Of a stretch of 64,000 bases of DNA, positions 11,401-23,227 are shown in pieces. Below the pieces are notes generated by a model that was not told the DNA's origin, searched no databases, and worked only from the letters and a program-made list of their open reading frames with translations. Position 1 is the stretch's first letter, and each line of letters opens with the position of its first letter. The stretch covers positions 32,001 to 96,000 of the forward strand of contig CAVZMH010000007.1 in the NCBI GenBank assembly GCA_963776345.1, written 5' to 3'. The DNA comes from an uncultured delta proteobacterium (GTDB taxonomy: Bacteria; Myxococcota; Myxococcia; Myxococcales; Myxococcaceae). Made by a program: the position numbers and the translations under genes.

Positions 11401-14400
11401 TCCTCGAGGCGCTCGCCGAGCTCGAGCTCTCCGCGGGGAACCGCCCCGAGGCCGCCACGCTGCTCGCGCGCCAGGCCGCGCTGATCGCCGACCCGCTCGC
11501 CGCCGCCCGGCTCTTCCTCCGCGCCGCCGAGCTGGCGAGGGGCGAGGCCCGCGAGGGTGGGCTGCTCGAGGATGCGCTCCGGCTCGACCCGGCGCTCGCC
11601 GCCGCGCGCGTCCGTCGCGCCGAGTTGCACCTCGCCCGCGAGCCGCGCCGCGCGCTGGAGGACCTCGAGGCGGCGCTCTCGCTCGCCCGCGCCAATCCGG
11701 CGGTCGTGCCGCCTGCCGAGCGCAAGCGGCTGGAGCGCCTGGCCGCGGAGAGCGCCGTCCGCGCCGGGGACCCCGAGGCCGCCCGCCGGCACCTCGCCGC
11801 CTACGCCGACGCCGCCCCCGACGACGTCGACGCGCTCCTCCAGCTCGCCGCCCTGCACCGCAGCGCGGGCGCGGTCGAGGCGCTGGCCGCGCTCCTCCTG
11901 GGCCTCTGGCCACGGCTCTCGGGCGAGCAGGCCCGCGCGGTGTGCAAGGAGCTGGTGGAGCTGTCGCTCGAGCTGCACCGGCCGAGCGAGGCGCTCGACG
12001 CGCTCCGCCGGCTGGTGGAGCTCTCGCCCGACGACGTGTGGGCGCTCGAGACCCTGGTCTCGCTCCTGCCGCCGGCCGTGCCGGGCAGCGACACCGAGGC
12101 CCTGGCGCTTCGCACCCGGCTGGTCGACCTGACCTCCGGCGCCGCGCGGGCGCACCACCGGGTGGAGCGGGCCCGGCTCCTCCGGGCCCGCGGGGACCGC
12201 GCCGCCGCGCGGGAGGAGCTCACCCGCGCCGCCGGCGAGTCGGCCGAGCCCGCGCTGCTCTGGCGCGAGGTGGCGCTGCTCGCCCAGGCCTCGGACGACG
12301 CGCCGGGCGAGGTGGAGGCGTGGCAGCGGGCGCTGGAGCGCGATGGGTCGGTCTCCGCCGAGGCCGCGCCGCGGCTGCTCGCGCTGGGCCGCGGCCTACT
12401 GGACAGCCGGCCGGACCTGGCCGAGGCCGCCCTCCGCGAGGCGAGCCAGCGCGGGGGGGCCGCCGAGGCGCTGGAGGCCTGGCGGTCCCTGTCACGCCTG
12501 GAGCGCCGCCGCGGCCGGATGGAGGCCGCCTCCGAGGCGCTGCTGCGCGCCGCCGAGCTCGCGCCCGAGCCGCTCCGCGCCGACGTCCTGCTCGAGCGCG
12601 CCGAGCTCGCCGAGGAGCGCGGGGACTCCGCCGGCGCCGCGGACAGCTACCGGCGGGTGCTCCAGCTCTCGCCCCGTCATCCGCGGGCGCTCCCCCGGCT
12701 CCGCGCGCTGCTCGAGCACGCGGCCGACTGGCCGTCGGTCGCCGAGCTGCTGGAGCTCGAGGCGGAGCGGGCCCCGCGCGAACGGGCCGCCGCGCTCTTC
12801 GCCGAGCTGGGGACGCTGCTCGATGAGCGGCTGGGTCGCGCCGACGCGGCCGAGGCGGCGCTCCGGCGGTCGGTGCAGCTCGAGCCCGACTCGCCGACGA
12901 CGCTCGAGCGGCTGGTCGCCCTGCAGCTCCGCCGTGGCGCCTGGGCCGACGCTTCCCCCTTCCTCTCGCGGCTCCCCTCGCTGCTCCCGGCCGAGCGGGC
13001 CGCGGCCCTGCTCCGGCAGGCGGCGCAGCTCGCGTCCAGCGGGCTCGACGGCGCGGCGGCGCTCGCCCTCCGTCGCCAGGCGCACGGGCTGGTGCCGGCC
13101 ACCGGCGACGAGCTGGCCGAGCTCGCGCTCTCGCTCTATGCCGGTGGCTCGCGCGCCGAGGCGCTCCCGCTCTTCACCGCCGTGGTCTCCGGGCTCGATC
13201 GGGGCAGCCCGCCGGCCCGCGAGGCCGAGGTGCTGCTCGCCCATGCCGACCTGCTCGCCGAGGCGGGCGAGCTCGCGCAGGCCGAGGCGACGCTGCGCCG
13301 TCTGGCGGCCCGCCCCGATGCGCCCGCGGCGGCCGTGGAGCGCCTCGCCGAGCTGCGCGCCCGGACCGACCCGCGCGAGGCCATCGAGCTGCTGGCAAGC
13401 CACCAGCTCCGCCAGCCTCCCTCGGAGGAGGTGGGGCGTGCGCTGCTGACGCTGGCCGAGAGCGCGCGCTCCGAGCTGGCGGACCCCGAGCTGGCCGAGC
13501 GCCTCCTGCTCGGCGCCGCCGCCGCGCTCCCCGAGCCCCTGCCCGCCCACCAGGCCCGCGCCGCGCTGCACCGGGAGACCGGACACACCGGTGCGCTGCT
13601 CGAGGCGCTTCAGGCCACGGCCGACCAGGCCTTCCGCCGGGGAGACTTCGCGCTCGCCTCGCGGTCGCTGGAGGAGCTCGCCGACGTCGCCACCCGGGCC
13701 GATCGCCCCGAGGACGCGCTCGAGGCGCTGGCCCGGCTCCGGACCGCGCTCGAGGGCGCCGACCGGAGCAAGGACGCCGCGGCGGTGGAGCGCCGCCGGG
13801 CGACGCTCTTCCTCGACGCGCGCGGCGATGCCACCGCGGCGAGCGCGGCGCTCGCCCGGGCGTTCGAGCTCGCTCCCGAGGTCGAGACCGCCACCCAGCT
13901 CGCCGACCTCGCGGCGCGCCGGGGCGATACCCGGGCGCGGGCAGGCTGGCTGCAGCGCAGCGTCCCGCTCCTGCCCACGGCCGAGGCCCGGGCCACCGCG
14001 CTGGTCCAGATCGCCGAGCTGCACGCCGGTCCGCTGGGAGACGAGGCCGGGGCCGAGTCGGTGGTCCGCGACGCGCTGGCCGAGGTCCCGGGCCATCCCG
14101 CCGCCGAGTCGCTGCTGGTGCAGCTGCTCGAGCGTTCGGGACGCGGCGCCGACCTCGCCGCGTACTACGTCGCCGCCGCCCGGAGCCGGACCGAGGGCGC
14201 GGCCCGGGCGCACCTCCTCCGCCGCGCCGCGGGGCTCTATCGCGGCCTCGGCAAGGACGACCAGGCGCTGGACGCGCTCTCCGCCGCGCACGGCTCTGCG
14301 CCCGCGGACACCTCCATCACCGCCGAGCTCGCCGACCTGCTCGTCTCCCGGAACCAGGACGCGGACGCCGCGCCGTTCGATGCGCTCCTGCTCCAGGCCG

Positions 14401-17400
14401 ACCCCTTCCATCCCGTCTACCAGCGTCACGCGGCGCGGCTGGCGGCGATGGGCGATCGGATCGCGCTCGGCCGCCTCGAGGTGGCGCGGGCCGAGCGGCA
14501 GGTGGGCGCCGAGGCGGCGCGGAGCTGGCTCGGCGCGGCCGCGGCCCTGCGCGCCGGCGGACGCGAGGACGAGGCGCGCGCCGCCGAGGACCGGGCCTTC
14601 GACCACGCACCGGAGCTCGATGCTGCCTTCGCCGCGCGCCGTGCCCGGGTCGAGGGCGACGTCCGCGCCCTGGCCGAGCTCCTGGCCCAGCGCGCCCGCG
14701 CCGTTCCCACCGAGGCGCCCGCGCTGCTCGCCGAGCGCGCCGAGCTGCTCACCCGCGCCGGGGAGGCGCTGCTCGCCGCCGAGGCCTGGGACGAGCTGCT
14801 CGGCGTCCGGCCCGACGAGGTGAAGGCCCTGCTCGCCCGCGGTGACCTGGCGGCCGCCGCGGGCGGACCCACCGCCGCGCAGCCCTACGACCGCCGGGCG
14901 CTGCAGCTCGCCCCCGACCTGCCCACCGCGCAGCGCACCCGGCTCCAGCTCCGGCTGGGCAACGCCGCGCTCTCGGCCGGCGCGCTGCACGACGCCGCCG
15001 ACGCGCTGGAGGCGGTGGTGGCCGCCGACCCCGACGGAGAGCGCGGGCGCGAGGCGCTGTCCCTCCTCGCCGAGGTGCACGGGCGCCGGCAGGACGCCCC
15101 GGGGCTGTTCCGCACCTCCGTCCTGCTCGCGCGCGCCGCGCGCCCCGAGGAGGCCGAGGCGCTCTACCGTCGCGCCTCCGCCCTGGTGGAGGACCCCGTC
15201 GAGGCGCTCGAGGCGCTCCTGCCGCTGGCCGAGCTCCGGCCGGCCGAGAGCGCGGTGGTGGACCGCGCGCTGGCCGGGCTGCGCGCCGTCTCCCGCCACG
15301 ACGAGCTGCTCGCCCTCCTCGAGCGCGGGGCGCAGGCCTCCGGGGGCTCGCGCGCCGCCGACCTCCTGATGGAGGCGGCCCAGGTGGCGACCGAGGTGTT
15401 CCACGACGAGGCCCGCGCGCTCGCGCTGGTCGAGCGCGCCCACCAGGCCGACCCGGAGAACCTCGCCGCGCTCCGCGCCCTCGCCGAGAGCTACCGCCGC
15501 CGCCGCGAGACCGAGCCGCTGGTCGTCGTCCTCCGCGGGCTGGTCGCGGGCACGCCCCAGAGCGAGGAGTCGGCGCCGCTGAAGCTCGAGCTGGCGCGGC
15601 TGCTCCTCCAGCGTGGCGAGACCGACGAGGCCCGCGGGCTGCTCGAGCCGCTCGCCGCCGGCGGCCGCTCGGGCCCCGGGTACGCCGAGGCTCTCGAGCT
15701 GCTGGTCCCGCTCCTCGACGGCGCGGACGACGCGCTCGCCAGGTCCACCGTGCTCGCCGCCCGCGCCGAGATGGCCCAGGGCTCCGAGCGCGCCCGGCTG
15801 CTCTACGAGGCCGCACGCGCCGCGCAGCAGGCCGGGGACGAGGCGCGGGCCGCCCGGCTCGCCCGGGCCTCGGTGGCCACCGAGGCCAGCCAGGATGCGC
15901 TCCTGCTCCTGGCCAGCCTGATGCGGGACGCGAGCGAGATGGCCAAGGCGGCGGCCTCGCTCACCCAGGCCGCGCAGCTCGCCTCGCCCGAGGACCGCCC
16001 CCGGCTGCTGCTCGAGGCCGCCGACGCGTGGGAGAGCGCGAGAGACCCCGCCGAGGCCCAGGAGCTGCTCGAGCGCGTTGCCCGGCTCCACCCCGAGACG
16101 CTCGGGCCCGGCGCCTGGGCCGCGCGCTTCCTCCGGCTCGGCGCCCGGGCGCCGGCCATCGAGCACGGGTACGAGCCGCTCCTCGCCCAGGGCGCCTTCG
16201 CCCAGACGCTGGAGATCGCCGAGGCGCTCGAGGACGCGCCGCGCATCCGCCAGAGCCTGTGGGGGCTGGCCCAGGCTCCGGCCGGAGCCGAGGCGCTGCG
16301 CCGGCTGGGCAAGCAGCTCCTCCGGGAGGGCACCGGCGCCGAGCGGCAAGCCTGCGCCGAGCTCGCCGAGTCGCGCCGGGCGATGGACCTCGCGGTCGCG
16401 CTCCACCGGGCCATCCTCCTCTCGCCGGCAGCCGAGGCCTCGGACGAGGAGCGGCTTCGCGCGCTCCAGCGGCTCCAGGCGCTGGGCGAGCTGAACTCGT
16501 CGCTCCTCGAGGCGCTGGAGCGGGTCGACGCCAGCACCTCGCCGGCGCTGGTGGAGGCGCTGCTCCAGCAGCTCCGCAACCGCCGCGGCGCCGAGCGGGA
16601 GCGCGGCCTGCGCCTCCTCGCCGCGCGGGCGCCGTCCCGGGCCGCCGAGCTGTGGCAGGCGCTGTTCGAGCAGGCGCGCGACGACAATCGGCTCGAGGAT
16701 GCCGCCTCGGCGCTCGCGGGCTGGGTGGAGGCCACGCCGGATCCGGTGCAGCGGGCCGGGCTCCGGGTCCAGGCCGGGGACCTGGCGCTGGCGATCGGAT
16801 GGACCGACGCCGCCCGCGCCACCTGGGCCCAGGCCGCGGCCGAGGACCCGACGTCGGTGCAGGCCGCGAGCAAGCTCCTGGCCCTCACCTCGGCGGAGGC
16901 GGATCCGGCCGAGTTCGCCGAGCTGGCCGAGCGGCTGAGCTCGCTGGCCGGCGACGAGGCGCTCAACGGCCGGCAGGACGAGCTGGTGCTCGCCTACGTC
17001 CGGCTGGGCCGGGCCGCCGACGCGCTGGGCGTCCTGGCGCAGCTCCCGGCCACCGAGGGGCGGATCCGCCAGCGGGCGGAGCTCGCCGAGTCGCTCGGCC
17101 GTACGCAGGAGGCGCTCGCGCTCCGCGAGCAGCTGGCGCACACCCCCGAGGAACGCGAGGCCCTGGCGCTCGGCGCGCTCCGGGCGGGACGCCACGCCGA
17201 CGTGGTTCGCATCCTCGCCCCGATGCGCTCGGCGGAGTCGCTGTCGCCCGCGTCGCGGCGCGAGTTCGCCGCCGCCCTGGCCCCGACCGAGGTGGGCGCG
17301 CCACTGGCGGTGCAGCTCTGGACGCTCCTGCTCTCGGAGAATCCGGTGGATGCCGAGGGCTGGGCGCTGCACGCCGAGGCGCTCCGGCGCTCGGGACGTC

Positions 17401-17975
17401 CCGAGGCGGCCACCCGCTCGGTGGCCTTCGGAAACCTCTTCGCCGGCGAGGAGACGGCCTCCGCGCCGGTCCCCGTGGAGCCCGTCGCCCGGGGGGCGGT
17501 ACGCAGCTCGGTCACCCTGCCTGGCGGCGTGCTGGCAATCACCGCCGAGGAGATGCCGACCCTCCGCACCGTGCTGGAGGAGGCGCTCGCCGCGCTCGGG
17601 GCGCCGGAGGTCCAGGTCTGGCTGGATCCGGCCGGGGCCTCCGAGGCCTGGCTCTCCGGGCCGAACGACCTGGTGCTGGGCGCCGGAGCGCTCTCGGTGT
17701 TCGGTCCGCTGGAGATCAACTTCCTGGTCGCGCTCGCCCTCGCGCTCGGTGACCAGGGACAGGCGCTGACCTGGCCGGGCGAGGTGCCCGGGCTCGAGGC
17801 GGCCGCGGCGGCGGCGTTCTCCGCCGTTCCCTCTCCGGGAGCCGCGGCGAGGGTGCTCCTCTGGCTGGATCCGGTGGCGCGCGGCGCCGACGTCGACACG
17901 GTGGATCCGGCCGCGGTGCTGACCGGGAGCGCGGCGCTCGCCGCCGTGGTCCAGCGCGCGCTCCAGCTCGTGTAA
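8439..17975 (+). CDS. Giant (~3180 aa) TPR-like alpha-helical repeat protein
   Basis: Uninterrupted 9.5-kb ORF with GC3-biased codons, rich in Ala/Leu/Glu/Arg, with many TPR-like turns ([31 protein letters not shown]). No signal peptide. The start (ATG 8439) is inferred. Confidence 0.85.
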   Translation: MASEDTSGGSAPPAGEGRVAGPELRLLDRRAFVGFPPVELRPGITVVDFGLQIPDVSFPFDVGSGAQRYQRRKLHFGFLEVAVDAELIRRSVLETTGPSLEVSDVALNFRQGWLEGEARLKGPSPAGTTFKVAFDADGERLAVYLYDVRMYGYSPVPAATVPLVLSRAVQSAAALPDLELRGANGFSARVLPQLVTLAAVSRGFRMPSLDGARLAAVEVSPLGLRLRFASGALPPPALLDEELLLTLEGARAFGEAEALVAAGKLAEAREAYLRGAGAEEAHPFALERLLGLLVADPASHEYALDVVETLARRRPGSAAPLWAEAIVRERRGEPARSAERWLALVELARKRGDDASAFNAAQAAARVAEGHAPQMAVRALHAVLGIRPDHLPALRSLARAADQAQDRAGALRAYRRLSALARDPLESAEAHVHLARLSALSEDDVAGARLHCEAALRLAPDLPPALELLGELCARAGEPLRALKAFDRLRDVALGRHDLGLVGRANLRAGEVWETGLKQLDNALLRYREAVSLLPGDVVALVAQARAAEGLGRVAEAVTGYQQAVELAGPLPTDAGVRRAAHAAHHALAALAQSRFADQVQAREHWEAALALVPDDARALEALVPAWRAAGDPAALARALERAAPTAQDPVRRAAFLAEAGELHRTRLAAPEKAEALLVRAIDADPRNRAALEGLVALGEARRDGPLLVRCLSTLSELARDGADRARFLRRLAVAAKDLASDLEVAARALSEVLRLEPDDLLAWGELCALQRRRADMPGLATALAARARVAEVQADPRLAAGCLRELAQVEEARLGRFGEALVALEKAARLDPRPEVLLELADLSLRCERPEHARRALEDVLVTLPRTGSPEKLAEVRAKLGQACEMTGDLAAAAAHYAEALPYRRGDDALAARLEGLYEKLGRSKELAEVWALRARQLLAEGRTEAAAPLLFKGARALLDSGQRDAAHRQLYAALEVAPRGLLAGQILEALAELELSAGNRPEAATLLARQAALIADPLAAARLFLRAAELARGEAREGGLLEDALRLDPALAAARVRRAELHLAREPRRALEDLEAALSLARANPAVVPPAERKRLERLAAESAVRAGDPEAARRHLAAYADAAPDDVDALLQLAALHRSAGAVEALAALLLGLWPRLSGEQARAVCKELVELSLELHRPSEALDALRRLVELSPDDVWALETLVSLLPPAVPGSDTEALALRTRLVDLTSGAARAHHRVERARLLRARGDRAAAREELTRAAGESAEPALLWREVALLAQASDDAPGEVEAWQRALERDGSVSAEAAPRLLALGRGLLDSRPDLAEAALREASQRGGAAEALEAWRSLSRLERRRGRMEAASEALLRAAELAPEPLRADVLLERAELAEERGDSAGAADSYRRVLQLSPRHPRALPRLRALLEHAADWPSVAELLELEAERAPRERAAALFAELGTLLDERLGRADAAEAALRRSVQLEPDSPTTLERLVALQLRRGAWADASPFLSRLPSLLPAERAAALLRQAAQLASSGLDGAAALALRRQAHGLVPATGDELAELALSLYAGGSRAEALPLFTAVVSGLDRGSPPAREAEVLLAHADLLAEAGELAQAEATLRRLAARPDAPAAAVERLAELRARTDPREAIELLASHQLRQPPSEEVGRALLTLAESARSELADPELAERLLLGAAAALPEPLPAHQARAALHRETGHTGALLEALQATADQAFRRGDFALASRSLEELADVATRADRPEDALEALARLRTALEGADRSKDAAAVERRRATLFLDARGDATAASAALARAFELAPEVETATQLADLAARRGDTRARAGWLQRSVPLLPTAEARATALVQIAELHAGPLGDEAGAESVVRDALAEVPGHPAAESLLVQLLERSGRGADLAAYYVAAARSRTEGAARAHLLRRAAGLYRGLGKDDQALDALSAAHGSAPADTSITAELADLLVSRNQDADAAPFDALLLQADPFHPVYQRHAARLAAMGDRIALGRLEVARAERQVGAEAARSWLGAAAALRAGGREDEARAAEDRAFDHAPELDAAFAARRARVEGDVRALAELLAQRARAVPTEAPALLAERAELLTRAGEALLAAEAWDELLGVRPDEVKALLARGDLAAAAGGPTAAQPYDRRALQLAPDLPTAQRTRLQLRLGNAALSAGALHDAADALEAVVAADPDGERGREALSLLAEVHGRRQDAPGLFRTSVLLARAARPEEAEALYRRASALVEDPVEALEALLPLAELRPAESAVVDRALAGLRAVSRHDELLALLERGAQASGGSRAADLLMEAAQVATEVFHDEARALALVERAHQADPENLAALRALAESYRRRRETEPLVVVLRGLVAGTPQSEESAPLKLELARLLLQRGETDEARGLLEPLAAGGRSGPGYAEALELLVPLLDGADDALARSTVLAARAEMAQGSERARLLYEAARAAQQAGDEARAARLARASVATEASQDALLLLASLMRDASEMAKAAASLTQAAQLASPEDRPRLLLEAADAWESARDPAEAQELLERVARLHPETLGPGAWAARFLRLGARAPAIEHGYEPLLAQGAFAQTLEIAEALEDAPRIRQSLWGLAQAPAGAEALRRLGKQLLREGTGAERQACAELAESRRAMDLAVALHRAILLSPAAEASDEERLRALQRLQALGELNSSLLEALERVDASTSPALVEALLQQLRNRRGAERERGLRLLAARAPSRAAELWQALFEQARDDNRLEDAASALAGWVEATPDPVQRAGLRVQAGDLALAIGWTDAARATWAQAAAEDPTSVQAASKLLALTSAEADPAEFAELAERLSSLAGDEALNGRQDELVLAYVRLGRAADALGVLAQLPATEGRIRQRAELAESLGRTQEALALREQLAHTPEEREALALGALRAGRHADVVRILAPMRSAESLSPASRREFAAALAPTEVGAPLAVQLWTLLLSENPVDAEGWALHAEALRRSGRPEAATRSVAFGNLFAGEETASAPVPVEPVARGAVRSSVTLPGGVLAITAEEMPTLRTVLEEALAALGAPEVQVWLDPAGASEAWLSGPNDLVLGAGALSVFGPLEINFLVALALALGDQGQALTWPGEVPGLEAAAAAAFSAVPSPGAAARVLLWLDPVARGADVDTVDPAAVLTGSAALAAVVQRALQLV

Positions 17976-17990
17976 GGTCAGCGGCCGATC

Positions 17991-18704
17991 GTGGTCCGTC
18001 CTTCGTCGCTCCTTCCGTTCGCCCTCCTCGGCGCGTCCCTCCTCGCCTGCAAGAGCGAGGTCCCGGTCCCGGGCAAGGAGCGCGTCGGGACGTTCCTGTT
18101 GCAGTCGGTGGGGGACCCGCTCCTCAACGACTGCTCACCGTTCATCCTCGACGCGGGGGTGGACGCGGGCGCGCTCGGCGGCACCTTCGTCGACGCCGGG
18201 GTCATCCTCTCGGTCACCTACAACAGGACCACCGCGCCGGACGGCGGGACGCAGGGCCCCGACGGCGGGCCCATCGAGCCGTACGACGGGGGCTACCTCA
18301 CCTTCGTCGAGGGCTCGGGCTCGCAGTACGGGGTCATCGTCGGCCAGTTCATCGACGTGTCCGCCATCGCGCCGCGCGTCTTCTCGCTCTGCGGCTGCAG
18401 CGGGCTCGACCCGCCAGACATCCAGGTCGAGGAGCGGCACGTCATCGCCCTGCTCAGCGACTCGCAGGCCCGCGCGCTCGGGTCGGTGTCGACCTGCGCC
18501 TCGCCCGAGGTGCTGCTCGACGGCGGCATCCCCGCGGTGGGCGGGAGCATCACCGGCCCGCGCGACCAGAACGGCGTGTGGACCGTGCCGCTGGTCTGCG
18601 GCGTGACCGAGGAGCGAGTCCAGGTGCTCGGGGCGGCCTGCAGCGCCGAGTGCCTCTCCTGCACCCTTCGCTTCTTCATCCAGGGAAGGCCGCTCTCCCA
18701 GTGA
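17991..18704 (+). CDS. Cys-rich lipoprotein of unknown function
   Basis: Lipobox-like LLAC after a hydrophobic leader; repeated DGG/DAG motifs; several Cys. Confidence 0.7.
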   Translation: MVRPSSLLPFALLGASLLACKSEVPVPGKERVGTFLLQSVGDPLLNDCSPFILDAGVDAGALGGTFVDAGVILSVTYNRTTAPDGGTQGPDGGPIEPYDGGYLTFVEGSGSQYGVIVGQFIDVSAIAPRVFSLCGCSGLDPPDIQVEERHVIALLSDSQARALGSVSTCASPEVLLDGGIPAVGGSITGPRDQNGVWTVPLVCGVTEERVQVLGAACSAECLSCTLRFFIQGRPLSQ

Positions 18705-19390
18705 GCGCGCCGCGGGCCGTGGTCCTGCTGTCGGGGGGCCTCGACTCGGCCACCTGCCTGGCCATGGCCCGGAGCGAGGGCTTCCTCTGCAGCTGCCTGC
18801 TGGTGGACTACGGGCAGCGGCACCGGGTGGAGCTCGAGCGGGCGCGGGTGGTCGCCCGGGTGCAGGGGGTGGAGGACGTGCGCGTCGTCCAGGTGGACCT
18901 CCGGGCCATCGGCGGCTCGGCGCTGACCGCGGACCTCGCCGTCCCGAAGGACCGGCCGGAGGCGGAGCGCGGGGCCGGCATCCCGGTGACCTACGTCCCG
19001 GCGCGCAACACGCTCTTCCTCGCCCTGGCGCTGGGGATGGCCGAGACGCTCGGGGCCACCGACCTCTTCATCGGGGTGAACGCGGTGGACTACTCGGGGT
19101 ACCCGGACTGCCGGCCCGAGTTCATCCGCGCCTTCGAGGCGCTGGCCAACCTCGCCACGCGGGCGGGGGTGGAGGGCGCGCGGTTCCGGGTGCACGCGCC
19201 GCTCTCGGGGATGCGGAAGGCGGAGATCATCCAGGCCGGCGTGCGGCTGGGCGTGGACCATGGGCTCACCCACAGCTGCTACGACCCGGACCCGGCAGGC
19301 CGGGCCTGCGGGCGCTGCGACAGCTGTCTCATCCGCCGCGACGGCTTCCGGGCGGCCGGGGTGCCGGACCCGACGCGGTACGCGCCGTGA
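18701..19390 (+). CDS. queC: 7-cyano-7-deazaguanine synthase
   Basis: Motifs [34 protein letters not shown]. Confidence 0.96.
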   Translation: MSAPRAVVLLSGGLDSATCLAMARSEGFLCSCLLVDYGQRHRVELERARVVARVQGVEDVRVVQVDLRAIGGSALTADLAVPKDRPEAERGAGIPVTYVPARNTLFLALALGMAETLGATDLFIGVNAVDYSGYPDCRPEFIRAFEALANLATRAGVEGARFRVHAPLSGMRKAEIIQAGVRLGVDHGLTHSCYDPDPAGRACGRCDSCLIRRDGFRAAGVPDPTRYAP

Positions 19391-20001
19391 GCCGGTCGCT
19401 CCTCGTCGCCCTGGCGGGGCTCGCGCTCGGCGGCCGGGATGCGGGGGCTCCCGGAGGCCTGGTGGAGGCGAGCGCGCGGGTCCCGGGCCTGGTGGTCGAG
19501 CTGCGCTACGCGACCGAGGAGAACTTCCTCGGCAAGGCGGTGTACCCCGAGGGGGCGCGCTGTCTCCTGCTGGCCGGGGTGGCCGAGCGGCTGGCGCAGG
19601 CAGCGCGGACGCTGGAGGCGCACGGGTACCGGCTGAAGGCCTGGGACTGCTACCGGCCGATCCACGTGCAGTGGGCGATGTGGAAGCTCGTCCCGCGGAG
19701 AGGGTACGTGGCGGACCCCCACACCGGCAGCAACCACAACCGGGGCGCCGCGGTGGACGTGACGCTGGCCACGCCCGAGGGCGAGCCGGTGGAGATGCCC
19801 ACGCCGTTCGATACCTTCGGCCCGGCCGCGCACCACGGGAGCAGCGCCGGAACGCCGGAGGCGCGGGCGAATCGCGAGACGCTGCGCCAGGCGATGGTGC
19901 AGGCGGGCTTCCGCGCCAACCGGATGGAGTGGTGGCACTACGACGCCCCCGAGGGCCGGGGCGCCCCGGTGCTCGACGTGCCGCTCGGGCCCGCCGACTA
20001 G
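19387..20001 (+). CDS. ddpX: D-alanyl-D-alanine dipeptidase (M15D, VanX/DdpX family)
   Basis: Motifs [29 protein letters not shown]. Confidence 0.9.
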   Translation: MSRSLLVALAGLALGGRDAGAPGGLVEASARVPGLVVELRYATEENFLGKAVYPEGARCLLLAGVAERLAQAARTLEAHGYRLKAWDCYRPIHVQWAMWKLVPRRGYVADPHTGSNHNRGAAVDVTLATPEGEPVEMPTPFDTFGPAAHHGSSAGTPEARANRETLRQAMVQAGFRANRMEWWHYDAPEGRGAPVLDVPLGPAD

Positions 20002-20035
20002 CCCGGAGAGGCCCCGGTGCCACTAGGCTGCGCCG

Positions 20036-21415
20036 GTGCTCGAGGTGCTCAGGTCCCATCCGGTGGCGGTGGCCGTCCACCTGCTCGGGGTCATCCTTGC
20101 CTTGCGCGTCCTGGTCACCCGGCGGACCCCGCAGAGCCTGATCGCGTGGATGCTGGGGCTGCTCGCCCTCCCCTGGGTGGCGATCCCGCTCTTCCTGCTC
20201 TTCGGGGCCCGCAAGCTGCCGCGAAAGGTGCGCGGAAAGCACGCTCCGCTCCTGCCGCCGGGCGGGCACGCGGCGCTGCCGGACGGACATCCGGCGGCCG
20301 ACGTGCCGCGGGTGCTCCGGACCGAGGGAGTCCCGGGGGTGCGCGACGGGAACGCCTTCGAGCTCCTGGGAACCGGCGAGCGCGCCTACGCGGCCCTGCA
20401 CGCGGCCATCGCCGCCGCCCGGCGGAGCATCGACCTCACCGTGTTCATCCTCGGCGACGACGAGGTGGGCTGGGGCATGCTACGCGCGCTGGCCGACCGC
20501 GCGCGGGCCGGTGCCCGCGTCCGTGTGCTGATCGACGGCGTGGGCTCGCGCAGCATCCGCCGGCGGGCCGGGCGCGAGCTGAGGGCCGCGGGAGGCGAGC
20601 TGCGGGTCTTCATGCCGCTCCTCCACGCGCCGCTGAAGGGGCGCACCAACCTCCGGAGCCACCGGAAGGTCGCGGTGTTCGACGGGCGCCGGGTCTTCAT
20701 GGGCGGGATGAACCTCGCGCTCGACTACATGGGGCCCACCCCGAGACCCGATCGCTGGCGGGACCTGGCGTGCCTTCTCGAGGGACCGGTGGCGAGCGAC
20801 GCCGAGCAGCTCTTCGCCGCGGACTGGGCGTTCGCCGGGGGGCAAGAGCTGGGTCCGGCCGAGGTCCCGCCGCCGGCGGGGAGCGCGGTGGTGCAGCTCG
20901 TGCCCAGCGGCCCGGAGATGAAGACCGACACCTTCTACGACGCGCTGCTCACCGCGCTGTACTCGGCCCGGAGCCACGTGGCGTGCGTCACGCCCTACTA
21001 CGTCCCGGACGACGTGGTGCAGCACGCCTTCGTCCTCTGCGCCCGCCGCGGCGTGCGGACCGAGCTGGTGATGCCCGCGCGCTCCAACCACGCGCTCGCC
21101 GACAACGCCCGGCGCGGGCTGGTGGCCGAGCTGGCCGAGGCCGGGGTGGTGCTCCACTGGTACGGCCGGATGGTGCATGGAAAGGCGATGGTGGTCGACG
21201 ACGCCGTCGCCTACCTCGGCTCTCCCAACCTCGACATGCGGAGCTTCTTCCTCAACTACGAGGACGCGCTGCTCCTGTACTCGCCGCCGGAGATCGCCGC
21301 GGTCCGAGGGTGGATCGCCGCGCTGGCGGACGAGAGCTCCACGACGCAGAGCCCACCCAGCCGGCGCTGGTGGCTCATCGAGGACTTCGCCCGGTTGATG
21401 GCACCGGAGCTCTGA
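20036..21415 (+). CDS. Cardiolipin synthase-like phospholipase D
   Basis: Two N-terminal TMs and two HKD motifs (HRKVAVFD, HGKAMVVD); GSPNLDMRSF. Confidence 0.9.
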   Translation: MLEVLRSHPVAVAVHLLGVILALRVLVTRRTPQSLIAWMLGLLALPWVAIPLFLLFGARKLPRKVRGKHAPLLPPGGHAALPDGHPAADVPRVLRTEGVPGVRDGNAFELLGTGERAYAALHAAIAAARRSIDLTVFILGDDEVGWGMLRALADRARAGARVRVLIDGVGSRSIRRRAGRELRAAGGELRVFMPLLHAPLKGRTNLRSHRKVAVFDGRRVFMGGMNLALDYMGPTPRPDRWRDLACLLEGPVASDAEQLFAADWAFAGGQELGPAEVPPPAGSAVVQLVPSGPEMKTDTFYDALLTALYSARSHVACVTPYYVPDDVVQHAFVLCARRGVRTELVMPARSNHALADNARRGLVAELAEAGVVLHWYGRMVHGKAMVVDDAVAYLGSPNLDMRSFFLNYEDALLLYSPPEIAAVRGWIAALADESSTTQSPPSRRWWLIEDFARLMAPEL

Positions 21416-21491
21416 GCGGCGCTCTTCCTCCTGGACTCCCGCTCCGAGGAGCTCGATCATCGGAGCCTGCAGCGCGGACAAGGGGGGTTCC

Positions 21492-22610
21492 ATGCGTGCA
21501 TCGTTCCTCTGGGTTCTCTCGGCCGCGCTGGCCCTCGTGGCGTGCGGCAACGAGGAGCCTCCCTGCGAGGCGCCCGATGGTTGCCTCGCCATGAGCCGGA
21601 TCGCGGGCTCGTGCCAGTGCCTCGACTGGAAGGTCGTCTCGGACGAGATCGTGCCCCTGAAGTTCCTGGTGACGGGCGTGCTCGCCACGCCGCCGGGAAA
21701 CCAGAGCGGGGTGTCCTACGGAGACGCCTCGCTCATCGGCCCCGGGAACCCGCCGGGCAAGTCGCAGCTCGGGACGCGGCTCCGGGCCGTGCTCCGGGAC
21801 GCATCGGGCAAGCGCACCGTCCTCTCGGCGGAGGTGCCGAGCGTCGCGGGGCAGGGGCAGTACACGCTGACGGCGCTCGGTGGGACGACGCTCGCGGTCG
21901 GGATGGCGCCCGGGAACGGCATCGGCCTGGGGAACGTCCTGGACATCTACCCGCCGACCGCCCACCGGGTGATGGTCTGGGTGAATCCGGCGCTACGGAT
22001 CGTCCGGGACGCCGGCGGACACATGCGCGGCATCTGGGGGTGGAGCGGAACCTGCTTCTGGCCCGAGGGAGCGAGTGGAGGCTCCGGGACGTGCTCGGCG
22101 CCGAACGTGTTCATGGTCACGCTCGATCGAGATCGCCGGGAACGTCGCAGAACCCTTTCCCGTGGGAGGCCGCGTTCCTGGGCACGCTCACGCAGTCCGA
22201 GCGCGCCGCGATCCTCGCGTACGACGGGCTCTCGGGGGTCCCGTTCTTCCCGACGGCTGCCCGAGCTGGACGCGGATCCGCGGTTCCTTCGCCTCGCGGA
22301 GGTGAACGTCGATCCCCTCGGGTCACACTTCCCGGACCCGGTCCAGTGGACTCCCTGTTCCTCGGTGGCGAGGGATGAGGACTTCCCGGTGCTCGCCACG
22401 ACGGAGATCCCGCTCTCGGCCACGGAGAGCGTGCTGATCGAGCACAGCTGGCTGTCGACGACGCTGGACTGCACGACCCAGACACTGGGCCTCTTCGCGG
22501 GGACGAGCACTCCCGGATGCCAGCTGGACGCGATCGCCTACGTGGACCGGATGTTCGGGACCCTGGCGTTTCTGCCCGTCGGCAGCCGGGCGGCGTGCAC
22601 CGTTCCCTGA
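21492..22610 (+). CDS. Putative Cys-rich lipoprotein; an internal segment appears frameshifted and then restored
   Basis: Lipobox LVAC. The ORF-track translation near 22128-22261 is Arg/Ser-rich, while alternative frames read as normal protein. Confidence 0.65.
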   Translation: MRASFLWVLSAALALVACGNEEPPCEAPDGCLAMSRIAGSCQCLDWKVVSDEIVPLKFLVTGVLATPPGNQSGVSYGDASLIGPGNPPGKSQLGTRLRAVLRDASGKRTVLSAEVPSVAGQGQYTLTALGGTTLAVGMAPGNGIGLGNVLDIYPPTAHRVMVWVNPALRIVRDAGGHMRGIWGWSGTCFWPEGASGGSGTCSAPNVFMVTLDRDRRERRRTLSRGRPRSWARSRSPSAPRSSRTTGSRGSRSSRRLPELDADPRFLRLAEVNVDPLGSHFPDPVQWTPCSSVARDEDFPVLATTEIPLSATESVLIEHSWLSTTLDCTTQTLGLFAGTSTPGCQLDAIAYVDRMFGTLAFLPVGSRAACTVP

Positions 22611-22681
22611 GCCGCGGACCTCCAGCGTCCGGTGACGGCCGTGCGCGTGGATTTGCCGCACCCCGGCTAGACTGCGGCCGC

Positions 22682-23068
22682 GTGAAACACTTCGCGATGC
22701 TCGTCGTTGCCGGCGTGTTGCTCCTCGCATCCGTGGCGCTGGCCAAGCGCGTGGCCCCACCCGAGGTGAAGCCGCTCGTGCACCAGGGCGTCACGTATCG
22801 CGCGGGTCACGCCAGGGACGCGCACGGGAACCGGGGCACGGTGGAGGCCGTGGATGCGAGCACCGGGAAGCGGCTGTGGATCGTCACCGTGTACGAGATC
22901 CCCTACAAGGCGGGGCTCGAGACCGACGTGCAGGACGTGTTCATCAAGAGCCTCGCCATCGACGACGGGTGCTTGCGGGTCACGGACGAACGCGGCAAGA
23001 GCTACTGCGTCGAGCGCGAGACGGGTGCGGTGCACCGGGTGATCTCGCCGCACGACGCTGGCGTCTGA
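22682..23068 (+). CDS. Secreted hypothetical protein, PQQ-like beta-strand motif
   Basis: Signal peptide MKHFAMLVVAGVLLLASVALA; motif VEAVDASTGKRLW. Confidence 0.7.
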   Translation: MKHFAMLVVAGVLLLASVALAKRVAPPEVKPLVHQGVTYRAGHARDAHGNRGTVEAVDASTGKRLWIVTVYEIPYKAGLETDVQDVFIKSLAIDDGCLRVTDERGKSYCVERETGAVHRVISPHDAGV

Positions 23069-23227
23069 ACGCGGCTCGGCGGGCGGCCACGAGCACCTCG
23101 GCGGGCAGAAGCCGGACGTCGAGCGAGGCATGCAGCCGGCCTCGCCAGATGTGACTCGTCCTCGAGCGTCGATGCGCGGGGCCGACTCCGTGCTCCCGGT
23201 CGTCGCGCCCGAGCCCGAACGCCTGGG

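Noticed and set aside
8355..17372. Very long antisense and off-frame ORFs (1267 aa, 1626 aa and others) over the giant TPR gene
   Set aside because: Shadow ORFs caused by high GC and codon bias; the translations are low-information and lack recognisable motifs.
19387..20001. vanX as part of a glycopeptide resistance cluster
   Set aside because: No vanH, vanA or vanRS nearby; it fits a stand-alone DdpX-type dipeptidase.
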